Shown: piece by piece, positions 1-8,500 of the stretch
Position numbering within the stretch: the stretch's first letter is position 1
Layout: the number at the start of each line of letters is the position of its first letter
Origin: Microcoleus sp.
GTDB taxonomy: Bacteria > Cyanobacteriota > Cyanobacteriia > Cyanobacteriales > Microcoleaceae
Length of the DNA: 64,000 nt
Assembly: GCA_052279835.1 (NCBI GenBank)
Contig: CP181291.1
Coordinates: forward strand, 1,600,001 to 1,664,000
Direction: 5' to 3'
Notes under the pieces: model-generated
The model's database searches: none
The model's input: the letters and a program-made list of their open reading frames with translations, nothing else
What the model was told of the DNA's origin: nothing
Made by a program: the position numbers and the translations under genes

Positions 1-1322
1 AGTTTGGTAGAAATGCTTTGGAAGAAAACATCATCCAGATAAACAGTGCCGTCAGTTAATTCAAACTTGAGAGTCGCTACCTCGCCTCGCAATTCTTCTG
101 GTATATCTACGTGGAATGTTTCAAATCCTCTGTCTCCATAACCAATCCTGTAAGTATCGGTGTCGGGATAGCCTACGGGGTAAGCTATTTTAGAAGAACC
201 TGGATTGACGCGACCATCTGCTGCTCTGAGATCGATCGTACCACCATCAACAGTTTCTAACAGTTGGTATTCATCATTAGGTGCATTGCCTTTGATAGAA
301 ACTTTGACTTTTCCATTGGTGGTAAGTTCAGGTACGTGAAGATTAAACCGCAGAGTTCCAGACTCAGGCACGACAAAACGGTTGTGGGTAATACTTTTAC
401 CTGATTCTAGCTTCAGAGCATAATTTGGTAGAGTTCGATCGACCCCAATCCTATCCAGTTCCGCGCGCCAAGCCGGAGCATCCGTTGCAGATAGCTGATT
501 CACATCAACGAGATTGCTTGTAGTTACACTCGCTGACGTTTCACCATTATGAAAAGACCAACCAGGAATCGCATCAGAAAAAAGAGTCCGATTCAGTCCC
601 TGCGGATTGAAAACAGCATCAAAATTGCCGTTAAATAGAGTAGGAACCGCAAAATCTCCCCGCATCCTCGCATCATAAGTATTGTCAAAATCAACCGGGA
701 TACGCTCTACATTTGTTTGGGGACGCAACTCCGAACCGCCGCCCAAAACCGAATAAAACCACCCCGTACCAATTCCCTCCCAAGGAGCCGCATCAACACC
801 ATGCTCAAAACGCTCTTCCGGTGTATACCAAGGGCTAACGCGAGCGGAACTTGTCAAAACAGTACCGCCAAATGAAAAGTCCTTATCGAACAAAGGTTCG
901 CGATATCCATCACCGCGCCGGCGGAAAATAGGATTAACATCTAAGTCTTCATCAAAGGGGAAGTTAGTTGGAAAGAGGTCTGATGTTCCTCCATACCAGC
1001 CCAAAACACGTCCGTGTACAGCGCCCCTGCCAGCAATACCAACAGTAGGATCTGTTTCCTTCGTAAACCCAGCACGACTGCTATTGTAATCTGGGTTATT
1101 TTTATTAGTTCCCAGAAAAACCGACAAATCCGGTTCTCCCAACAGCGGAGCAGTAGCATCGGGATTTTCTGACCTCCAACCTTCTCGCGGAAACTGAAGT
1201 CCGGGAGCTGTTTTTCCATCTTCAGTAGACGGAAGATTGGGAATATCCCGACCCGCAGGCGAAACCGTACCGCTTAATAAATTCGGTACTGTCTGATAGT
1301 AATTATCCGCAAAAGTGACATT
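1..1322 (-). pseudogene. 5'-truncated near-identical copy of an internal segment of the large nuclease gene (orphan cassette 1), running off the window edge
   Basis: Aligns to 6488..7809 at constant offset 6487 with scattered substitutions (e.g. APAWRAELD vs APALDAELD; SSKIAY vs SSEIAY). Identity stops abruptly after AAAAGTGACATT. No start codon at the junction. The frame reads ...FFQSISTK at position 1, just before where the nuclease domain begins in the full gene. Confidence 0.85.
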
Positions 1323-2310
1323 ATTTAAGCTAAAATCAAACCATTCGCGATCGGGAAAAACAGTTATGAACCAAAAATTGCTATATAGCCGATATATGGC
1401 TCAAGAGTTAGTTAGGCGGTATAGGACTGGAGAGCGCGATTTCAGAGGTCTTGAGCTGAGCAACGCCTACCTGTACGACTTTTGGCTGATTGATGTTAAT
1501 TTGAGCGGTGCTAATTTGGAAGGCGCTAGTTTGGGCGGTACTTATTTAATTAATTCTAACTTGAGCCATACGAATTTAGAAAAAGCATGGCTGGATTCAG
1601 CCCTACTGATTAAGGCAAACTTGAGTAATGCCAATCTTAGGAATACTACATTGGTTAATGCCGACTTGAGGGGGGCCAATTTGACTGGCGCCGATTTGAC
1701 GGGTGCCGACTTGACGGATGCGGTGCTGATTGAGACTAACTTAACTGATGTTAACCTGACCGATATTAAAACAACAGAGCGGACTATTTTCCATCAAGTG
1801 ACTATGCCTGACGGCAGGATTCAAAACGATTTAAACAGAACGTTGTCTGCTGAAGAATTGCTCCGGCGCTATAGCGAGGGCGAGCGAAATTTTCAGGATA
1901 AAATATTGCATCGTGTAGATTTGAGCGGTGCTGACTTGCGTGATATTGAGCTGAGTCCTTCTTGCTTAAGCTATGTCAACTTTAGTAGTGCTTGTTTAGA
2001 AAATAATTTGGGTTTGGGAAGAGAACTTATATTTTGCGATTTGAGAAATGCTCGATTGAGTCAGCCTGAAGATTATTGTGGTGTCAGTTTTATTTATTGC
2101 GATTTGAGAGACTCTAATTTATCAGGAGTTGACATGAGTAATTCTCTCTTCATAAGAAGCAACTTCCTGGGAGCTAAAAATTGTCTCTCTGGTGGTATTC
2201 AAGGAGATGTATTCTTTTACCAGACTACTTGGACAGATGGAGAATTTATCCAGGGTCCAACCAGTGCTACTCAACACTGGCGCGGAGAGACTATAGAGGG
2301 TGAATTTTAA
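1315..2310 (+). CDS. Pentapeptide repeat protein with two tandem modules (true start probably ATG 1366 or 1396)
   Basis: A(D/N)Lxx repeats. The cap motif ELxRRYxxGERxF occurs twice (AQELVRRYRTGERDF, AEELLRRYSEGERNF), each module ending TMPDG/TWTDG. The GTG at 1315 lies inside the duplicated toxin segment. Confidence 0.9.
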   Translation: MTLFKLKSNHSRSGKTVMNQKLLYSRYMAQELVRRYRTGERDFRGLELSNAYLYDFWLIDVNLSGANLEGASLGGTYLINSNLSHTNLEKAWLDSALLIKANLSNANLRNTTLVNADLRGANLTGADLTGADLTDAVLIETNLTDVNLTDIKTTERTIFHQVTMPDGRIQNDLNRTLSAEELLRRYSEGERNFQDKILHRVDLSGADLRDIELSPSCLSYVNFSSACLENNLGLGRELIFCDLRNARLSQPEDYCGVSFIYCDLRDSNLSGVDMSNSLFIRSNFLGAKNCLSGGIQGDVFFYQTTWTDGEFIQGPTSATQHWRGETIEGEF

Positions 2311-2425
2311 ATTTGAAGAAGTAGCCGCAGCGGATACATCTATTTCAAAAAACAGGAATTACGCAGAGCCTTGAGGAAACTGTTATAATGCGTTGAACAT
2401 TATGTATCTCCCCAACCTATTTCAT

Positions 2426-2473
2426 ATCCTCGATTTGGTTAACCGTCAACTTCCATGTCTGCCAATTTCTCCA
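2426..2473 (-). pseudogene. Short remnant resembling a NucA-like nuclease C-terminal tail
   Basis: Translates WRNWQTWKLTVNQIED, compare WNDWQQWRVNVDYLEE at the end of the 5512..10716 protein. Confidence 0.5.
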
Positions 2474-2506
2474 AGCAGCTTTGTATTGATAAAAAGTAAA
2501 AGTGAC

Positions 2507-2528
2507 AGTGCTATTATAAAAGTATAAA
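2507..2528 (+). promoter_or_regulatory. Putative extended -10 promoter shared by two pentapeptide genes
   Basis: AGTGCTATTATAAAAGTATAAA (TGn-TATTAT). A near-identical copy lies at 4036..4057, at the same distance from its gene. Confidence 0.45.
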
Positions 2529-2532
2529 CACC

Positions 2533-3228
2533 TTGAACAAGAAAGCTATGGACGTTGAAGAACTATATAGACGTTACGCTGCGGGAGAGAGGGATTTCCC
2601 TGGAGTTGATTTAAGTCATGCTGATTTAAACGTTGCTAAAGTGACATTCCTCGAAGAACTCGAACCAGGTCAAAATTACTTGAGCGGTATCAATTTCAGC
2701 GGTGCGAACTTGAGGATGGCCAATCTGAGTTATGTTAATCTCAGCGGTGCTAACTTGAGTGGCGTCCAACTATGCGATGGCGATTTGAGTGAGGCGAACT
2801 TATCTGGTACCAACTTAAGCAATGCTAACCTGTTCTATACCAGTTTGATTAAAGCAGATCTGAGTGGAGCAGATTTGAGTGGAGCCAACTTGAACTGTAC
2901 TCAATTAAACTGTGCTGATCTGAGTGGAGCTAACCTGAGTAAAACCAATTTAGCCGAAGCTGACCTAAGCGGAGCAGATTTAAGTCAAGCAGACCTGAGT
3001 GGAGCTAACCTGGAAGAAGCATCACTGGCGGAAGTCAACTTGACTGGGGCTTGTTTAACAGATACTTATCTAGGTGAACCCCTGCTCACAAGAGCTAATC
3101 TAACAGGAGTAAATTTAAGTGAAGCGATCATTGATTTAGAGTTGGCTAACATTAGTGGAATTGAAGGGGCAATCTTCTGCAATACAATCATGTCCGATGG
3201 CAGCACGAGGAATGACCATTGTGAGTGA
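2533..3228 (+). CDS. Pentapeptide repeat protein
   Basis: MDVEELYRRYAAGERDF cap, many ADLSG/ANLSG repeats, NTIMSDG end motif. Confidence 0.92.
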   Translation: MNKKAMDVEELYRRYAAGERDFPGVDLSHADLNVAKVTFLEELEPGQNYLSGINFSGANLRMANLSYVNLSGANLSGVQLCDGDLSEANLSGTNLSNANLFYTSLIKADLSGADLSGANLNCTQLNCADLSGANLSKTNLAEADLSGADLSQADLSGANLEEASLAEVNLTGACLTDTYLGEPLLTRANLTGVNLSEAIIDLELANISGIEGAIFCNTIMSDGSTRNDHCE

Positions 3229-3303
3229 GTCTTCCACTCTAAGCTGAAGTTCCCCCAGATGAGAACTTCAACTTAAACAGCGCAAACTGAGAACTGTGAA
3301 GAC

Positions 3304-4033
3304 TTATGTAACCACAGATGGAAAATCATTTACGTTAGTAGGTCCAGAATAAATCCGGTTTTCAATTACATTTTCGATTTCATCTGGGAGATTTGACAAA
3401 AGATCTAGACCTGTAAGTTCTTCGACCTCTCTGACCGTAGTTATTTGATCTTGCCATCGCGGTGGAATTATATCTGGCGGATTAGCAATGCCATTAGGCA
3501 TGGAAAGTTTCAAACCCGGTATTTCCGTAACCAATTCTGTTTGTATCTGCGTTGTTGTAGCCAGAATCGTAAGGACCATTGGCTTCTGATAAGCTAATAG
3601 TTTCCAGTGTGGTAACACCATTATCTCCTTCTAAAGAAACTCTAAGATTGCCACCACTGAGGCTAGGTACATGGAGATTGAACCGCAGAGTTCCAGACTC
3701 AGGCACGACAAAACGGTTGTGGGTAATACTTTTACCTGATTCTAGCTTCAGAGCATAATTTGGTAGAGTGCGATCGACTCCAATTCGATCCAGTTCCGCA
3801 TCCAAAGCCGGAGCATCCGTTGCAGATAGCTGATTCACATCAACGAGATTGTTTGTAGTTACACTCGCTGACGTTTCACCATTATGAAAAGACCAACCAG
3901 GAATCGCATCAGAAAAAAGAGTCCGATTACCACCCTGCGGATTGAAAACAGCATCGAAATTGCCGTTAAACAGAGTGGGAACCGCAAAATCTCCCCGCAT
4001 TCTGGCATCATAAGTATTGTCAAAATCAACCGG
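3304..4033 (-). pseudogene. Orphan cassette 2: internally deleted variant of the 3' half of the large nuclease gene
   Basis: 3665..4033 is near-identical to 6817..7185. A divergent homologous stretch follows, ending RIGYGNTGFETFH. In another frame from ~3502 comes a NucA-like tail, MPN...WQDQITTVREVEELTGLDLLSNLPDEIENVIE. The catalytic core is missing. Confidence 0.85.
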
Positions 4034-4035
4034 AA

Positions 4036-4057
4036 AGTGCTAATATAAAAGTATAAA
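4036..4057 (+). promoter_or_regulatory. Putative extended -10 promoter, second copy
   Basis: AGTGCTAATATAAAAGTATAAA. It begins 3 nt from the breakpoint of orphan cassette 2. Confidence 0.45.
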
Positions 4058-4061
4058 AAAC

Positions 4062-4733
4062 TTGAATAAGAAAGCTATGGACGTTGAAGAACTTTATAGG
4101 CGTTACGCGGCCGGAGAGAGGGATTTCTCTGGAGTTGATTTAAGTGGCGCTAATTTCAATGTTGCTAATGTGACATTCCTCGAAGAACTCGAACCAGGTC
4201 AAAATTACTTGAGCGGTATCAATCTGTGCGGTGCTAATTTGACTAGAGCTAAGATGACTTTTGTTAATCTCAGCGGTGCTGACTTAAGAGGTACTCAACT
4301 ATTTGATGCCACCCTCAAAGACGTTAACCTGAATGATGCCAACCTCAGTGGTGCTAATCTCTCTTTGATCAACACTGATGATTCTAGTTTCAAGCGAGCT
4401 AACCTTAAGGGGGCTATTCTGTCGGAAGCTGGTATGTACACCGTCGATCTTGAAGATGCCAACCTTAGTGAGGCCAATCTCCAATGCGCCACCACAAGAG
4501 ATTCTAGTCTCAAGCGAGTTAATCTTGAGGGGGCTATTCTGTGGGAATCTGGTATGTCCAACTGCGATCTAGAGGGTGCTAACCTCAAAAAAGTTCTTTT
4601 AGATGAAGCAGGTTTTTCCGACTGCAACCTGAGAGATGCGATTTTTGACGACGATAACTGGTGGCGTAGTTGTTATGTAAAAAACACTATCATGCCTGGA
4701 GGAACCGCTCTCACAAACGTGATTGAGGACTGA
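4062..4733 (+). CDS. Pentapeptide repeat protein, paralog of 2533..3228
   Basis: First ~70 aa nearly identical to 2533..3228, then divergent repeats. NTIMPGG end motif. Confidence 0.92.
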   Translation: MNKKAMDVEELYRRYAAGERDFSGVDLSGANFNVANVTFLEELEPGQNYLSGINLCGANLTRAKMTFVNLSGADLRGTQLFDATLKDVNLNDANLSGANLSLINTDDSSFKRANLKGAILSEAGMYTVDLEDANLSEANLQCATTRDSSLKRVNLEGAILWESGMSNCDLEGANLKKVLLDEAGFSDCNLRDAIFDDDNWWRSCYVKNTIMPGGTALTNVIED

Positions 4734-4835
4734 AGCGGAGACAGGACGTACCCCCACTTCTAATATCAATTTAAAAAAATCTTGCTATTCTAAACAGTGC
4801 CCAATATGCTGTTGCATAATTTTTATTCAACTTGG

Positions 4836-5402
4836 TTAATCGTCAGTTTCCATCTCAGCATATTTATCAGTCACAACTTGTCCATCTGGCATGATAGTAT
4901 TTCTCTTGTCGCTGTAGTCTAAATCGCAACCTTCAACGAGTGCTCCTCTCAAATTGGCCTCATACAGACAAGTTTCACCCATAATTGCATTTCTAAGGTC
5001 TGCTCCTTCCAGATTGGCTCCTTCCAAGCTAACTTCAAATAAACAAGCATTTTGCAGGTTGGCATTTCGGAGATTAGTATATTCCAAATTACCATCGGTA
5101 AAGCAGGCATTACTTAGGTTAGCTCTCTCCAAGGAAGCATTTCTTAGGTTGGCTTCTAAACTAGCATTAGACAAATCTGCTTCGTCCAGTATAGCATGAC
5201 TTAAATCAGCAAAATCCAATTTAGCTGACCTGAAAATTGTACGTCTGAAATTGGCTTCTTTCAGCATGGCACCTCTTAAGTCAGCTTCAGTGAAGTCAGC
5301 CTCACTCAAGTTTACGCCTCTTAGTTCGGCATCTTCTAGATTAACCCGACGAAAATCTCTTTCACCCGCTGCGTACCTTTTGAGCAGTTCTTCTGCGCGC
5401 AT
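4836..5402 (-). CDS. Pentapeptide repeat protein directly downstream of and co-oriented with the nuclease gene
   Basis: MRAEELLKRYAAGERDF cap, acidic A(N/D)Lxx repeats, NTIMPDG motif. Confidence 0.92.
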   Translation of the reverse strand: MRAEELLKRYAAGERDFRRVNLEDAELRGVNLSEADFTEADLRGAMLKEANFRRTIFRSAKLDFADLSHAILDEADLSNASLEANLRNASLERANLSNACFTDGNLEYTNLRNANLQNACLFEVSLEGANLEGADLRNAIMGETCLYEANLRGALVEGCDLDYSDKRNTIMPDGQVVTDKYAEMETDD

Positions 5403-5511
5403 AATTTGCCTTTTTAATCTATTTACACTTTCATCTGATACTGAAGTTCTGTCCTCTGGAGTAAGTCCTGACTGATGAAGTGTAAGTACCTTATCAGCCA
5501 GGAGAAATTAT

Positions 5512-8500
5512 TTATAAAAGAGGGCTAGAACTATCTGTTTCGATAATCTCTTGAATTTCTTCAGGCACATTTGACAAAAAGTCATATCCTGTAAGCTCTT
5601 CAAGATAATCAACATTAACGCGCCACTGTTGCCAGTCATTCCAGTTAGTTACACCATTGGGAAGAAATCCGTTAGGATATGATGGACTATCTGGCAATCT
5701 GTAGTTGGGATCGGGAGTGCTTCGATTGCGTCTATTGGGTGTGATGACAGCAATGACCTGCGTATTGGCAGTGACATCAGCTATTCCTTGACCGGGTTCT
5801 AAGGGAACGATAATTTTCCAAGTGTAGTTAGGTATTCCAATAGTTTTCGGATTGGGAGTCAAAGTCCCATTTAGATCGAGAACAACTCTGCCCTGAGTAT
5901 TTGTTGAAATCTTATTGTGGATCTCTCTAAGGTCAGAATGACCTCTAGGTACTGCTGGACTGTAATCAAACCCGCCAGCAATAATGTAGAGTTCACGGTT
6001 ATGTTGTCGAACGAGTTCTCGTCTGCTGTAGTTTTCGAGAGCAGCCCACGCAGTACCTCCGCGATTATTGCCTCGATGTTGTGGAAGTACGTTAGTTGTT
6101 AGGAATGTAGAGTAAACATCCTTAGTGGTACGATCGCGGTCTGCTACTGGAGTCATGTGCCCTCTTTCCATCCCGCGATCGTTCAATCGGTAATCAGGCC
6201 CCTCTGTACGCACCCAGGTACTAGGTAGATCGCTATCTCCAAGCCAGGGATAATCTACTCGCCCCGCTGGATAAGTTCCATTTGGAAAACCTGCGGGAGG
6301 ATAATCTGGTGGGGCAGTATTTGGTCCTGGTCTTGTTGTATTACCTAACCAACTTTTGTTAAGTTGCCAACTTACCCAGTTGGGGCCTTTGGTAGCATCG
6401 TTGTATGAAAGCGTGTACTGTGGCTTCTCGATTAGGTAGTTTTCACGGTGAGTAGTTTCAGAAGGCCGGGCAAAGGTGGGATTCCCAAGTTTGGTAGAAA
6501 TGCTTTGGAAGAAAACATCATCCAGATAAACAGTGCCGTCAGTTAATTCAAACTTGAGAGTCGCTACCTCGCCTCGCAATTCTTCTGGTATATCTACGTG
6601 GAATGTTTCAAATCCTCTGTCTCCATAACCAATCCTGTAAGTATCGGTGTCGGGATAGCCTACGGGGTAAGCTATTTCAGAAGAACCTGGATTGACGCGA
6701 CCATCTGCTGCTCTGAGATCGATCGTACCACCATCAACAGTTTCTAACAGTTGGTATTCATCATTAGGTGCATTGCCTTTGATAGAAACTTTGACTTTTC
6801 CATTGGTGGTAAGTTCAGGTACGTGAAGATTAAACCGCAGAGTTCCAGACTCAGGCACGACAAAACGGTTGTGGGTAATACTTTTACCTGATTCTAGCTT
6901 CAGAGCATAATTTGGTAGAGTTCGATCGACCCCAATGCGATCCAATTCTGCATCCAAAGCCGGAGCATCCGTTGCAGATAGCTGATTCACATCAACGAGA
7001 TTGCTTGTAGTTACACTCGCTGACGTTTCACCATTATGAAAAGACCAACCAGGAATCGCATCAGAAAAAAGAGTCCGATTCAGTCCCTGCGGATTGAAAA
7101 CAGCATCGAAATTGCCGTTAAACAGAGTGGGAACCGCAAAATCTCCCCGCATCCTCGCATCATAAGTATTGTCAAAATCAACCGGGATACGCTCTACATT
7201 CGTTTGGGGACGAAACTCCGAACCGCCGCCCAAAACCGAATAAAACCACCCCGTACCAATTCCCTCCCAAGGAGCACCATCAACACCATGTTCAAAACGC
7301 TCTTCCGGTGTATACCAAGGGCTAACGCGAGCGGAACTTGTCAAAACAGTACCGCCAAATGAAAAGTCCTTATCGAACAAAGGTTCGCGATATCCATCAC
7401 CGCGCCGGCGGAAAATAGGATTAACATCTAAGTCTTCATCAAAGGGGAAGTTAGTTGGAAAGAGGTCTGATGTTCCTCCATACCAGCCCAAAACACGTCC
7501 GTGTACAGCGCCCCTGCCAGCAATACCAACAGTAGGATCTGTTTCCTTCGTAAACCCAGCACGACTGCTATTGTAATCTGGGTTATTTTTATTAGTTCCC
7601 AGAAAAACCGACAAATCCGGTTCTCCCAACAGCGGAGCAGTAGCATCGGGATTTTCTGACCTCCAACCTTCTCGCGGAAACTGAAGTCCGGGGGCTGTTT
7701 TTCCATCTTCAGTAGACGGAAGATTGGGAATATCCCGACCCGCAGGCGAAACCGTACCGCTTAATAAATTCGGTACTGTCTGATAGTAATTATCCGCAAA
7801 AGTGACATTTTTCCACACCTGAACCTTCGGTTCGCGGAAATCCCCGAAATTATTTGTCACCACATTTAGCCCCGGTTGATCGAAATCGTGGGGGTCTAAA
7901 GTTGTCATCTGAAGGTCGCGAATATCAGAGTTTTCTTTTCCACCCGCTTCAGGAAAATGAGTCCCCAAACGCTGAATAATTTCGCTGTTAACAACTGTTC
8001 CCCGACTGAAACCAATAAAATGCAGCGGTGAATTAAAAATTGCCCCTTGTTTTGCCGTGCTATTTTCATCAATGAACAGTTGGTCTAACTGCACGATAGA
8101 AGTAAAGAAAGCATCTGCCACTGCTTCGCTAAAACCTGAATCAGGAGCGGCCGATTCATTATTGTTCGACCAGTCATTCAGCAGCACTAACGGTTGATTT
8201 TTGTCAAGGTATGGAGCTATATAACTCTTCAACTTGGTGAGATAGCCTGGGTCGTCTTTTGGACTCAAACCTGCTGGGAAGTCTCCGGCAACAGCTCCAT
8301 ATTTGGTAACAGGAACCCAATAACCAGTAGCGAGGTCGTACCTCATCATCAAACCGTTGTCCTCAGCCCCTGCATTGGCAATACTATTGCCCAGTTGGTA
8401 AAACTCTGAAGGAATTCCAGGGTTATTAAAAAAGGGAGGACTAAAGGGAGGTTTGAAGCCATGAGTCAGCACAGTTACGCTAGGGAAGGTATCGTCATCA

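Noticed and set aside
941..1219. Identical 92-aa ORFs at 941..1219 and 7428..7706
   Set aside because: Alternate-frame shadows of the duplicated toxin segment. They reflect the duplication and are not separate genes.
4295..5475. Ser/Arg/Leu-rich ORFs antisense to pentapeptide genes
   Set aside because: Typical stop-poor antisense frames of repetitive coding DNA.
1..7809. Diversity-generating retroelement or shufflon explanation for the repeats
   Set aside because: No reverse transcriptase or recombinase in the window; substitutions are not adenine-restricted; the repeats are direct, not inverted.
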